DNA of 64,000 nucleotides from Macrostomum lignano. Its lineage: Eukaryota. Below the pieces are notes generated by a model, which ran no database searches, was not told the DNA's origin, and was given only the letters and a program-made list of their open reading frames with translations. The first letter of the stretch is position 1. The number at the start of each line of letters is the position of its first letter. The position numbers and the translations under genes are program-made. The stretch is from the NCBI GenBank assembly GCA_002269645.1, contig NIVC01002451.1:108437-172436 (forward strand). Reading direction: 5' to 3'. Shown here piece after piece: positions 24,301-39,302 of the stretch.

Positions 24301-27300
24301 ATTGGTGCTGAGGAGCACACTGTTGTGTCATTGGTGCTGAGGAGCACACTGTTGTGTCATTGGTGCTGAGGAGCACACTGGTGTGTCATTGGTGCTGAGG
24401 AGCACACTGTGTGTCATTGGTGCTGAGGAGCACACTGTTGTGTCATTGGTGCTGAGGAGCACACTGTGTGTCATTGGTGCTGAGGAGCACACTGTTGTGT
24501 CATTGGTGCTGAGGAGCACACTGTGTGTCATTGGTGCTGAGGAGCACACTGTGTGTCATTGGTGCTGAGGAGCACACTGGTGTCATTGGTGCTGAGGAGC
24601 ACACTGTTGTGTCATTGGTGCTGAGGAGCACACTGTGTGTCATTGGTGCTGAGGAGCACACTGTTGTGTCATTGGTGCTGAGGAGCACACTGGTTGTCAT
24701 TGGTGCTGAGGAGCACACTGGTGTGTCATTGGTGCTGAGGAGCACACTGTGTGTCATTGGTGCTGAGGAGCACACTGTTGTGTCATTGGTGCTGAGGAGC
24801 ACACTGTTGTGTCATTGGTGCTGAGGAGCACACTGTTGTGTCATTGGTGCTGAGGAGCACACTGTTGTGTCATTGGTGCTGAGGAGCACACTGGTGTGTC
24901 ATTGGTGCTGAGGAGCACACTGGTGTGTCATTGGTGCTGAGGAGCACACTGTTGTGTCATTGGTGCTGAGGAGCACACTGTTGTGTCATTGGTGCTGAGG
25001 AGCACACTGTTGTGTCATTGGTGCTGAGGAGCACACTGTGTGTCATTGGTGCTGAGGAGCACACTGGTGTCATTGGTGCTGAGGAGCACACTGTTGTCAT
25101 TGGTGCTGAGGAGCACACTGTTGTGTCATTGGTGCTGAGGAGCACACTGGTGTGTCATTGGTGCTGAGGAGCACACTGTGTGTCATTGGTGCTGAGGAGC
25201 ACACTGTGTGTCATTGGTGCTGAGGAGCACACTGTTGTGTCATTGGTGCTGAGGAGCACACTGGTTGTCATTGGTGCTGAGGAGCACACTGTTGTGTCAT
25301 TGGTGCTGAGGAGCACACTGTGTGTCATTGGTGCTGAGGAGCACACTGTGTGTCATTGGTGCTGAGGAGCACACTGGTTGTCATTGGTGCTGAGGAGCAC
25401 ACTGTTGTGTCATTGGTGCTGAGGAGCACACTGTTGTGTCATTGGTGCTGAGGAGCACACTGGTGTCATTGGTGCTGAGGAGCACACTGGTTGTCATTGG
25501 TGCTGAGGAGCACACTGTTGTGTCATTGGTGCTGAGGAGCACACTGTTGTGTCATTGGTGCTGAGGAGCACACTGTTGTGTCATTGGTGCTGAGGAGCAC
25601 ACTGTTGTGTCATTGGTGCTGAGGAGCACACTGTGTGTCATTGGTGCTGAGGAGCACACTGTTGTGTCATTGGTGCTGAGGAGCACACTGGTTGTGTCAT
25701 TGGTGCTGAGGAGCACACTGTTGTGTCATTGGTGCTGAGGAGCACACTGTTGTGTCATTGGTGCTGAGGAGCACACTGTGTGTCATTGGTGCTGAGGAGC
25801 ACACTGTTGTGTCATTGGTGCTGAGGAGCACACTGTGTGTCATTGGTGCTGAGGAGCACACTGTGTGTCATTGGTGCTGAGGAGCACACTGGTGTCATTG
25901 GTGCTGAGGAGCACACTGTTGTGTCATTGGTGCTGAGGAGCACACTGTTGTGTCATTGGTGCTGAGGAGCACACTGTTGTGTCATTGGTGCTGAGGAGCA
26001 CACTGTTGTGTCATTGGTGCTGAGGAGCACACTGTGTGTCATTGGTGCTGAGGAGCACACTGTGTGTCATTGGTGCTGAGGAGCACACTGTTGTGTCATT
26101 GGTGCTGAGGAGCACACTGTTGTGTCATTGGTGCTGAGGAGCACACTGTTGTGTCATTGGTGCTGAGGAGCACACTGTTGTGTCATTGGTGCTGAGGAGC
26201 ACACTGTTGTGTCATTGGTGCTGAGGAGCACACTGTTGTGTCATTGGTGCTGAGGAGCACACTGTTGTGTCATTGGTGCTGAGGAGCACACTGTGTGTCA
26301 TTGGTGCTGAGGAGCACACTGTGTGTCATTGGTGCTGAGGAGCACACTGTTGTGTCATTGGTGCTGAGGAGCACACTGTTGTGTCATTGGTGCTGAGGAG
26401 CACACTGTGTGTCATTGGTGCTGAGGAGCACACTGTTGTGTCATTGGTGCTGAGGAGCACACTGTTGTGTCATTGGTGCTGAGGAGCACACTGTTGTGTC
26501 ATTGGTGCTGAGGAGCACACTGTTGTGTCATTGGTGCTGAGGAGCACACTGTTGTGTCATTGGTGCTGAGGAGCACACTGTTGTGTCATTGGTGCTGAGG
26601 AGCACACTGTTGTGTCATTGGTGCTGAGGAGCACACTGTTGTGTCATTGGTGCTGAGGAGCACACTGTTGTGTCATTGGTGCTGAGGAGCACACTGTTGT
26701 GTCATTGGTGCTGAGGAGCACACTGTTGTGTCATTGGTGCTGAGGAGCACACTGTTGTGTCATTGGTGCTGAGGAGCACACTGTGTGTCATTGGTGCTGA
26801 GGAGCACACTGTTGTGTCATTGGTGCTGAGGAGCACACTGTTGTGTCATTGGTGCTGAGGAGCACACTGTTGTGTCATTGGTGCTGAGGAGCACACTGTT
26901 GTGTCATTGGTGCTGAGGAGCACACTGTTGTGTCATTGGTGCTGAGGAGCACACTGTGTGTCATTGGTGCTGAGGAGCACACTGTTGTGTCATTGGTGCT
27001 GAGGAGCACACTGTTGTGTCATTGGTGCTGAGGAGCACACTGTTGTGTCATTGGTGCTGAGGAGCACACTGTGTGTCATTGGTGCTGAGGAGCACACTGT
27101 TGTCATTGGTGCTGAGGAGCACACTGTTGTGTCATTGGTGCTGAGGAGCACACTGTTGTGTCATTGGTGCTGAGGAGCACACTGTGTGTCATTGGTGCTG
27201 AGGAGCACACTGTTGTGTCATTGGTGCTGAGGAGCACACTGTTGTGTCATTGGTGCTGAGGAGCACACTGTTGTGTCATTGGTGCTGAGGAGCACACTGT

Positions 27301-30300
27301 TGTGTCATTGGTGCTGAGGAGCACACTGTTGTGTCATTGGTGCTGAGGAGCACACTGTTGTGTCATTGGTGCTGAGGAGCACACTGTTGTGTCATTGGTG
27401 CTGAGGAGCACACTGTTGTGTCATTGGTGCTGAGGAGCACACTGTTGTGTCATTGGTGCTGAGGAGCACACTGGTGTCATTGGTGCTGAGGAGCACACTG
27501 TTGTGTCATTGGTGCTGAGGAGCACACTGTGTGTCATTGGTGCTGAGGAGCACACTGTTGTGTCATTGGTGCTGAGGAGCACACTGTTGTGTCATTGGTG
27601 CTGAGGAGCACACTGTTGTGTCATTGGTGCTGAGGAGCACACTGGTGTCATTGGTGCTGAGGAGCACACTGTGTGTCATTGGTGCTGAGGAGCACACTGT
27701 TGTGTCATTGGTGCTGAGGAGCACACTGTTGTGTCATTGGTGCTGAGGAGCACACTGTTGTGTCATTGGTGCTGAGGAGCACACTGTTGTGTCATTGGTG
27801 CTGAGGAGCACACTGTTGTGTCATTGGTGCTGAGGAGCACACTGTTGTGTCATTGGTGCTGAGGAGCACACTGTTGTGTCATTGGTGCTGAGGAGCACAC
27901 TGTGTGTCATTGGTGCTGAGGAGCACACTGTGTGTCATTGGTGCTGAGGAGCACACTGTTGTGTCATTGGTGCTGAGGAGCACACTGTTGTGTCATTGGT
28001 GCTGAGGAGCACACTGTTGTGTCATTGGTGCTGAGGAGCACACTGTTGTGTCATTGGTGCTGAGGAGCACACTGTTGTGTCATTGGTGCTGAGGAGCACA
28101 CTGTTGTGTCATTGGTGCTGAGGAGCACACTGTTGTGTCATTGGTGCTGAGGAGCACACTGTTGTGTCATTGGTGCTGAGGAGCACACTGTTGTGTCATT
28201 GGTGCTGAGGAGCACACTGTTGTGTCATTGGTGCTGAGGAGCACACTGTTGTGTCATTGGTGCTGAGGAGCACACTGTTGTGTCATTGGTGCTGAGGAGC
28301 ACACTGTTGTGTCATTGGTGCTGAGGAGCACACTGTTGTGTCATTGGTGCTGAGGAGCACACTGTTGTGTCATTGGTGCTGAGGAGCACACTGTTGTGTC
28401 ATTGGTGCTGAGGAGCACACTGGTTGTCATTGGTGCTGAGGAGCACACTGTTGTGTCATTGGTGCTGAGGAGCACACTGTTGTGTCATTGGTGCTGAGGA
28501 GCACACTGTTGTGTCATTGGTGCTGAGGAGCACACTGGTGTGTCATTGGTGCTGAGGAGCACACTGTGTGTCATTGGTGCTGAGGAGCACACTGGTGTGT
28601 CATTGGTGCTGAGGAGCACACTGTTGTGTCATTGGTGCTGAGGAGCACACTGTGTGTCATTGGTGCTGAGGAGCACACTGTTGTGTCATTGGTGCTGAGG
28701 AGCACACTGGTTGTCATTGGTGCTGAGGAGCACACTGTTGTGTCATTGGTGCTGAGGAGCACACTGGTGTGTCATTGGTGCTGAGGAGCACACTGTTGTG
28801 TCATTGGTGCTGAGGAGCACACTGTGTGTCATTGGTGCTGAGGAGCACACTGTTGTGTCATTGGTGCTGAGGAGCACACTGTTGTCATTGGTGCTGAGGA
28901 GCACACTGTTGTGTCATTGGTGCTGAGGAGCACACTGGTGTGTCATTGGTGCTGAGGAGCACACTGGTTGTGTCATTGGTGCTGAGGAGCACACTGGTGT
29001 CATTGGTGCTGAGGAGCACACTGTTGTGTCATTGGTGCTGAGGAGCACACTGTGTGTCATTGGTGCTGAGGAGCACACTGTTGTCATTGGTGCTGAGGAG
29101 CACACTGGTTGTCATTGGTGCTGAGGAGCACACTGTTGTGTCATTGGTGCTGAGGAGCACACTGGTGTCATTGGTGCTGAGGAGCACACTGTTGTGTCAT
29201 TGGTGCTGAGGAGCACACTGTGTGTCATTGGTGCTGAGGAGCACACTGTTGTGTCATTGGTGCTGAGGAGCACACTGGTGTGTCATTGGTGCTGAGGAGC
29301 ACACTGTTGTGTCATTGGTGCTGAGGAGCACACTGTGTGTCATTGGTGCTGAGGAGCACACTGTTGTGTCATTGGTGCTGAGGAGCACACTGGTGTGTCA
29401 TTGGTGCTGAGGAGCACACTGTTGTGTCATTGGTGCTGAGGAGCACACTGTTGTGTCATTGGTGCTGAGGAGCACACTGTTGTGTCATTGGTGCTGAGGA
29501 GCACACTGTTGTGTCATTGGTGCTGAGGAGCACACTGTTGTGTCATTGGTGCTGAGGAGCACACTGTTGTGTCATTGGTGCTGAGGAGCACACTGTTGTG
29601 TCATTGGTGCTGAGGAGCACACTGTTGTGTCATTGGTGCTGAGGAGCACACTGTTGTGTCATTGGTGCTGAGGAGCACACTGTTGTGTCATTGGTGCTGA
29701 GGAGCACACTGTTGTGTCATTGGTGCTGAGGAGCACACTGTTGTGTCATTGGTGCTGAGGAGCACACTGTTGTGTCATTGGTGCTGAGGAGCACACTGTT
29801 GTGTCATTGGTGCTGAGGAGCACACTGTTGTGTCATTGGTGCTGAGGAGCACACTGTTGTGTCATTGGTGCTGAGGAGCACACTGTTGTGTCATTGGTGC
29901 TGAGGAGCACACTGTTGTGTCATTGGTGCTGAGGAGCACACTGTTGTGTCATTGGTGCTGAGGAGCACACTGTTGTGTCATTGGTGCTGAGGAGCACACT
30001 GTTGTGTCATTGGTGCTGAGGAGCACACTGTTGTGTCATTGGTGCTGAGGAGCACACTGTTGTGTCATTGGTGCTGAGGAGCACACTGTTGTGTCATTGG
30101 TGCTGAGGAGCACACTGTTGTGTCATTGGTGCTGAGGAGCACACTGTTGTGTCATTGGTGCTGAGGAGCACACTGTTGTGTCATTGGTGCTGAGGAGCAC
30201 ACTGTTGTGTCATTGGTGCTGAGGAGCACACTGTTGTGTCATTGGTGCTGAGGAGCACACTGTTGTGTCATTGGTGCTGAGGAGCACACTGTTGTGTCAT

Positions 30301-33300
30301 TGGTGCTGAGGAGCACACTGTTGTGTCATTGGTGCTGAGGAGCACACTGTTGTGTCATTGGTGCTGAGGAGCACACTGTTGTGTCATTGGTGCTGAGGAG
30401 CACACTGTTGTGTCATTGGTGCTGAGGAGCACACTGTTGTGTCATTGGTGCTGAGGAGCACACTGTGTGTCATTGGTGCTGAGGAGCACACTGGTTGTCA
30501 TTGGTGCTGAGGAGCACACTGTTGTGTCATTGGTGCTGAGGAGCACACTGGTTGTGTCATTGGTGCTGAGGAGCACACTGTTGTGTCATTGGTGCTGAGG
30601 AGCACACTGTGTGTCATTGGTGCTGAGGAGCACACTGTGTGTCATTGGTGCTGAGGAGCACACTGGTGTGTCATTGGTGCTGAGGAGCACACTGTTGTGT
30701 CATTGGTGCTGAGGAGCACACTGGTGTGTCATTGGTGCTGAGGAGCACACTGTTGTGTCATTGGTGCTGAGGAGCACACTGTTGTCATTGGTGCTGAGGA
30801 GCACACTGTTGTGTCATTGGTGCTGAGGAGCACACTGGTGTGTCATTGGTGCTGAGGAGCACACTGTTGTGTCATTGGTGCTGAGGAGCACACTGTTGTG
30901 TCATTGGTGCTGAGGAGCACACTGTTGTGTCATTGGTGCTGAGGAGCACACTGTTGTGTCATTGGTGCTGAGGAGCACACTGGTGTGTCATTGGTGCTGA
31001 GGAGCACACTGTTGTCATTGGTGCTGAGGAGCACACTGGTTGTCATTGGTGCTGAGGAGCACACTGGTTGTCATTGGTGCTGAGGAGCACACTGTTGTGT
31101 CATTGGTGCTGAGGAGCACACTGGTGTGTCATTGGTGCTGAGGAGCACACTGTGTGTCATTGGTGCTGAGGAGCACACTGGTGTGTCATTGGTGCTGAGG
31201 AGCACACTGTTGTGTCATTGGTGCTGAGGAGCACACTGGTTGTCATTGGTGCTGAGGAGCACACTGTTGTGTCATTGGTGCTGAGGAGCACACTGGTGTG
31301 TCATTGGTGCTGAGGAGCACACTGTTGTGTCATTGGTGCTGAGGAGCACACTGGTGTGTCATTGGTGCTGAGGAGCACACTGTTGTGTCATTGGTGCTGA
31401 GGAGCACACTGGTGTGTCATTGGTGCTGAGGAGCACACTGTTGTGTCATTGGTGCTGAGGAGCACACTGGTTGTCATTGGTGCTGAGGAGCACACTGTTG
31501 TGTCATTGGTGCTGAGGAGCACACTGTTGTGTCATTGGTGCTGAGGAGCACACTGTGTGTCATTGGTGCTGAGGAGCACACTGTTGTCATTGGTGCTGAG
31601 GAGCACACTGTTGTGTCATTGGTGCTGAGGAGCACACTGTTGTGTCATTGGTGCTGAGGAGCACACTGTTGTGTCATTGGTGCTGAGGAGCACACTGTTG
31701 TGTCATTGGTGCTGAGGAGCACACTGTGTGTCATTGGTGCTGAGGAGCACACTGTTGTGTCATTGGTGCTGAGGAGCACACTGTTGTCATTGGTGCTGAG
31801 GAGCACACTGTTGTGTCATTGGTGCTGAGGAGCACACTGTTGTGTCATTGGTGCTGAGGAGCACACTGGTGTGTCATTGGTGCTGAGGAGCACACTGTTG
31901 TGTCATTGGTGCTGAGGAGCACACTGTGTGTCATTGGTGCTGAGGAGCACACTGTGTGTCATTGGTGCTGAGGAGCACACTGGTTGTCATTGGTGCTGAG
32001 GAGCACACTGTTGTGTCATTGGTGCTGAGGAGCACACTGTTGTGTCATTGGTGCTGAGGAGCACACTGTTGTGTCATTGGTGCTGAGGAGCACACTGTTG
32101 TGTCATTGGTGCTGAGGAGCACACTGTGTGTCATTGGTGCTGAGGAGCACACTGTGTGTCATTGGTGCTGAGGAGCACACTGGTTGTCATTGGTGCTGAG
32201 GAGCACACTGTGTGTCATTGGTGCTGAGGAGCACACTGTTGTGTCATTGGTGCTGAGGAGCACACTGTTGTGTCATTGGTGCTGAGGAGCACACTGTGTG
32301 TCATTGGTGCTGAGGAGCACACTGTTGTGTCATTGGTGCTGAGGAGCACACTGTTGTGTCATTGGTGCTGAGGAGCACACTGGTGTGTCATTGGTGCTGA
32401 GGAGCACACTGTTGTGTCATTGGTGCTGAGGAGCACACTGTTGTGTCATTGGTGCTGAGGAGCACACTGGTTGTGTCATTGGTGCTGAGGAGCACACTGT
32501 TGTGTCATTGGTGCTGAGGAGCACACTGTTGTGTCATTGGTGCTGAGGAGCACACTGTTGTGTCATTGGTGCTGAGGAGCACACTGTTGTGTCATTGGTG
32601 CTGAGGAGCACACTGTTGTGTCATTGGTGCTGAGGAGCACACTGTTGTGTCATTGGTGCTGAGGAGCACACTGTTGTGTCATTGGTGCTGAGGAGCACAC
32701 TGTTGTGTCATTGGTGCTGAGGAGCACACTGTTGTCATTGGTGCTGAGGAGCACACTGTTGTGTCATTGGTGCTGAGGAGCACACTGTTGTGTCATTGGT
32801 GCTGAGGAGCACACTGTGTGTCATTGGTGCTGAGGAGCACACTGTTGTGTCATTGGTGCTGAGGAGCACACTGTGTGTCATTGGTGCTGAGGAGCACACT
32901 GTTGTGTCATTGGTGCTGAGGAGCACACTGTTGTGTCATTGGTGCTGAGGAGCACACTGTTGTGTCATTGGTGCTGAGGAGCACACTGTTGTGTCATTGG
33001 TGCTGAGGAGCACACTGTTGTGTCATTGGTGCTGAGGAGCACACTGTTGTGTCATTGGTGCTGAGGAGCACACTGTTGTCATTGGTGCTGAGGAGCACAC
33101 TGTTGTGTCATTGGTGCTGAGGAGCACACTGTTGTGTCATTGGTGCTGAGGAGCACACTGGTGTGTCATTGGTGCTGAGGAGCACACTGGTGTGTCATTG
33201 GTGCTGAGGAGCACACTGTTGTGTCATTGGTGCTGAGGAGCACACTGTTGTGTCATTGGTGCTGAGGAGCACACTGGTGTGTCATTGGTGCTGAGGAGCA

Positions 33301-33505
33301 CACTGGTGTGTCATTGGTGCTGAGGAGCACACTGTTGTGTCATTGGTGCTGAGGAGCACACTGTTGTGTCATTGGTGCTGAGGAGCACACTGTTGTGTCA
33401 TTGGTGCTGAGGAGCACACTGTTGGGATGTCATTGGTGCTGAGGAGCACACTGTTGTGTCATTGGTGCTGAGGAGCACACTTTTGGGGTGTCATTGGTGC
33501 TGAGG
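18398..33505 (+). repeat. 15.1-kb satellite array, 29-bp main unit (about 520 copies)
   Basis: Unit GTCATTGGTGCTGAGGAGCACACTGTTGT. Units vary from about 27 to 31 bp in the segment after CACACT. Confidence 0.99.
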
Positions 33506-34343
33506 GGTGGACCAATATTTTAAAAGGCAATTAATTATGTAAACAAGCTGATAGACTTTGAGCAGAGTGTTGAGTTCATCAGCGATGCCTTTTGAGAACT
33601 TGGGAATGGCGGCACCAGCAGCTGCTTGTGAGTGACTGCTGCAGCTGATCTTGACGCAACAATAAATTATTTCAGTCCCCGACTACAGCCATACGTCCCT
33701 GCTTCCGTTGCTTTGAATAATATACGAGCGTATGCAGTCATGTAGAAGGAAATGCTCTCCATGCCCACTGTTATGCTAATTCTTGCTGCTTTCAAAGTGA
33801 TTGCATTCGCTAATTAGCAGCTACTACGCAATAATTAATTTTGCAGTCCCCTAGAAATTGATAAATGTGAAGCAGCTGCTCGCATGCGAACAAGAGCGCA
33901 CTGCAAGGTGAAGCGACGGGGACTGGCTGTGGGACCGCAGTGCTGCCGAAGGCGTTGCGCCAGGGTGCCCGCAGCCCTGATCTTGATCCTGCGATTATTA
34001 TTATCAGTATTTTTTCCTAAGGTGAAGCCTTGAGTCAATTTGGTGGGACACAGCCGGAGTACGTACAGGGTAGAGAGGGAGGAGTAAGGAGAGTAAAGTT
34101 AAACGTGACTCAGGCGCGGAAACAAACAGCCACTGGGCATCCGACTGTTTTGCCGCTTCGGGGCACCTGACTCACCAATGCTACCATATATGCCAAGAGA
34201 TGCCGCCATCAAGCGGCTTCTTTATTGGGGCTCGGCTCGGAAATTCGATTTGGTTTCAGCGACCGCAGAGATGTTCTTACTGGAATGCGAGATGCTTGCA
34301 GAGCTCCGGATTGCAGAGTCCAGCGCTCAGCCTGCCGACGTGG

Positions 34344-35349
<1,006 letters not shown>

Positions 35350-35695
35350 CCCGAGCTTCCCCAGCCTGAGCAGCTGGCTCAGCAGCTAATGAACGGGGCC
35401 AACTCTGCTAATTGAGTTTTCGCCTTCCCGCCGGAGCAGCCAGTCTCAACAGGAGGTGCAGCTTGTAGTTTGCTCGCAGCAGCTGCGGCAGTGGCAGCTC
35501 AGACACCGAGACTCTCACAGGAGAGTTCGCCCAAGAGCTCCGCTTAGACTATTGAATATTAGACAACCGGCAACGCCCATAATAGGTCGGCAACAGCTAC
35601 GTGAATAAAACAATCATTAACTGTCATTGCTAGCTTGTCTAGGTTTTCCTGTTGCTGCATGCTCTGCGCGGCCTGCCTACGGATGGCGCACCTTG

Positions 35696-35709
35696 GTTAC
35701 TATGGTAAC
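35696..35709. promoter_or_regulatory. RFX X-box-like motif
   Basis: GTTACTATGGTAAC fits the GTTNCCATGGNAAC consensus with one mismatch. No target gene identified. Confidence 0.45.
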
Positions 35710-36574
35710 AACAGCAACAAGAGATGCGCTATGCGTAAAGCCCTATGTGGCGGTTGAAAATTCTCATGGCTAAAATGTTTTCAAGTACCATGGTTGCCTA
35801 CAAAAACTCACGACTAACTAAAAAATGCACAGAGCAGAGAGCATTGAGGACAGACGTAAACTCAGTTTGGCCTTCAGTGCAGCCCGTGAGCATTCAGAAG
35901 CGATAAGCTGCGGAATTCAATCAGATAATTGCTGCAAGAATGAAGACATAACTATTGACACCTCGTATATTCATTGCAGAAGCAATGGTTAACTCAACAA
36001 TCGAATAACTTTTCGTCAACAAGGGCTCAAGGACTACTCAAGTAGATGGACGGGAAACTACGCTGAATTCATTTAAGATGCTTTCAGAGAATTGTAAATT
36101 TTCATTAAGTATTCGATGTTTTTAATCAAGTCTTAATGGGCTAATGCAACAAAGCATATTTTTTCCATTATTGGAAGACTTACCTTAGGATGTTTACGAG
36201 TACTCAGTCTAAATCTCACTTAGCAAGTAATGAAAAATTGAAAAACGCTTCTATTAACAGTTTCCACGCCTCTTTATTTTCATTTGATTCCAACAAAAAC
36301 CGTGACGTGCTGGAAAGTAGAAACGTAAATTCAAATGCTTTTTTTGAAGTCCTTCCATAAATTACAGGCTATATTCTCTTTGCCAGCTTTATTCGCTTGA
36401 ACACACGCGAAAAAAAGTTCTTGAGATTCCATCAGCGAATGCAAAATCAGAAATCAGAAATGTAGAAATTTTTTAATAATGCTGATTCGCCATTTTCTCA
36501 AAAAAACCTCCCGCTTAACACTGCGGGTAAACTCAGGCGAACGCTTTTCCTACTCACTCACTATATTTCTCTCT

Positions 36575-37150
36575 CCTTCCACCAACCACCTCACCCCCTG
36601 CCCCTTTCACCAACCACCTCACTCCTCCTGCCCCTTCCAACAACCACCTCACTCCCCCTGTCCCTTCCACCAACCATCTCACTCCCCCTGCCCCTCCCAC
36701 CAAACATCTTATTCCCCCTGCCCCTGCCCCTTCCACCAACCACCTCACTTCCCTTCCCCCTGCCCCTTCCACCAACCACCTCACTTCCCTTCCCCCTGCC
36801 CCTTCCACCAACCACCTCACCCCCTGCCCCTTTCACCAATCACTTCACTCCCCCTGCCCCTTCCACCAACCACCTCACTCCCCCTGCCCCTTTCACCAAT
36901 CATCTCACTCCCCCTGCCCCTTTCACCAACCACCTCACTCCCCCTGCCCCTTCCATCAACCACCTCACCCCCTGCCCCTTCCACGTACCAACCACCTCAC
37001 TTCCCTTCCCTCTGCCACTTCCAACCACCTCACCCCTCTGCCCCTTTCACCAACCACTTCACTCCCCCTGCCCCTCCCACCAACCACCTCACTCCCCCTG
37101 CCCCTTCCACCAACCACCTCACTCCTCCCTGCCCTTTCCTCCAAATACCT
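36575..37150 (+). repeat. Degenerate C-rich minisatellite, unit about 30 bp
   Basis: Unit about CCCCTTCCACCAACCACCTCACTCCCCCTG. Confidence 0.92.
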
Positions 37151-39302
37151 CACTATCTGTCCCTGTCTTTTTCATGAATTTACAAGTTAAAAAATTCAAT
37201 TGCCGATGTGACACATTTTGATGCGGTGTTTACTAACATCTCGTACTCATTGAATAACAGGATCGGCGTAGAACAGCAAAACCTGATAGATGGATCATAG
37301 GCAAAGAGTCGGTGCCGTCACAAAGGCGTGTCAGAACCTGTTCTGCGATGGAATATTTTTCTAGTGCTCACAAACTCACTTGAAGAGAGTCAAGAGACTG
37401 GCTGATGCCCTATCAAAAATCATTCACTCTTTATTGCAAACGTTTCCAGTAGAGTGGGCAATTTTTTATATACACTCTATTCTTATACAATCGGGGGCGC
37501 AGGGGACTCCGGACCGCGCAGACAGACGGACTTAGCGGTGGGGGAGGGGATGCGAAAAGAATCGCTCGCTGGGGCAGCGGGAGAGAAAGAGCCCAACTTG
37601 CTGAATAGGACGCGGAGTCGGAGGCTTTTTCTTCTTGTGGTGGTGGCTTTTTTAAATTTTAGACTGGCGTGGTAGAGAGCGGGATGTACAGTGGGAGCAG
37701 GGATAGCGGGGAGACCAGATTAGCTGATGAAAGAGTCAGGAAGACTGTTTGTGAGTGAAAAAACATCGTAAACAGGTGTGGAATAACAAATACAAGGAGC
37801 TAGCGGGATGCTGGGTGAGACTAGTAAATCAGGTATCGCATTGTCAAGCCGCAGCCTGCGTTTACTTGCAGGGATTTGGTTGGGATTATAAATCTTAAGA
37901 TAAGGCAAAGTAGAGCGAGGCGATGCAGCATTTTAATGAAGCTAGATTTCACATTCGGCCCATCATCAAGAGTGATGAAGAGAGCGCCGACAGCTATGGG
38001 AAGGAAGCTGGAAATAGCTGTGTGGTGTGTGCGTGTTTATCTGTACAGGAATTGGCGGCGTGCATACAATGGCTTATTTACTTCCTTCATCAGTTTACCT
38101 CTTCCTCTCTTTTCCACTCTCGCGCACACGCTCGCCACAGAATCAGCGTAAGGGTGGTTAGGTCAGCGCTCGTTTGCAGCCCAGGACGCAGACAGGCCTT
38201 TAGCATTCGCACAAGCTGATTTTGTCCTGTCAGTAGTAGACTAGGTGCAGCGACAACAAACTTGCTTGTAGTAAAAGTGCAAGAGCACTCTTGAGTACGC
38301 GCGCTTGCTGGTTTGTATTTATTGTTTGTTTATAGCTAAAAGCTTGAGCTGTAGCGGGACATTGTTTTTTCTTGTAATGAAATAAGATTTCTTAGATAGA
38401 TTGATTTGCGGTCCAACTTCTGTCAAATCAATCTCATCATATTCATTCCAATCAGAGTGCCGCAGTGCTGCGAGCAGACTCGCATAGTGCTGCTAAATTC
38501 AATTTTCTCCTCACGAACACCCGGCAGCGCTTGTGCGCCTAAAATTGGAGCGAAAGAGTTCTTTGGAGTCTCCGCTGAGAAGGTTTGTTCTGGGAAGACT
38601 TCGGGATGGTGAGTTGGCTTTGGCTAGAGGGAAATGGAACGGGACGGAGCAGGGGAAAGCATGTCTAGGTACGGACATTGGGATGCCCCGAGGCACTTTG
38701 ACTAGAGAAGGAGATCAGGAGTGGAAATCTGTAGATGAGAGTTGAACAGGAGCGACTCAAAGAGGGTGTTTGCCCGGCTCTCATCAGTGTAGTGCTGTTG
38801 CACTGAAAGCAGAAATCGGTTCGATGACTCTATGAAGACATCAACTTCAAGGTGCACGCATGTTCCATCTGGAAAAATCATCGCAAAAAATGTGAAATTA
38901 GTAAAACTATATTCTATATGAGTCCAGACTGGGCTGCCCCAGAGTCAGTATAAAACTTACTCTCTCGGGTTGGGCAGAACTCACTAAGGGAAAGCGAATC
39001 GGTGAAAGGGGGGACACAGAAATGGGACGAGGAGGCGCGACTGGCTTCCACCATTGGCCGAATGGGGGGGGCATCGCAGCTCCTTGGAGTGTGCAGACGC
39101 TTCCTTCAAAACAACAAGATAGGTACCCCACGCTCGTAATAAAGAGTCTATTGGAACGGGTGAGAGACGAGAGACGAGAGAGGCATATCAGCACTGATAG
39201 GCAAAAGCGGACGACGATCTAAAAAGCAGCAGCGCTCCTAGCTCAGACTCAATATCGATAATTTAACTCAGCGCTAATAGCAGCAGCTGGAACTAGTCAG
39301 CC

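Noticed and set aside
18398-33505. CRISPR-like look: about 29-bp palindromic repeats
   Set aside because: There are no unique spacers and no cas genes, and the context is eukaryotic. It is a satellite, and its short ORFs are artefacts.
36479-37177. 232-aa Pro-rich ORF
   Set aside because: It is mostly a translation of the C-rich minisatellite.
37454-38800. Possible Penelope or LINE remnant
   Set aside because: Only a vague HPAL-like motif is present, with no RT or endonuclease signature.
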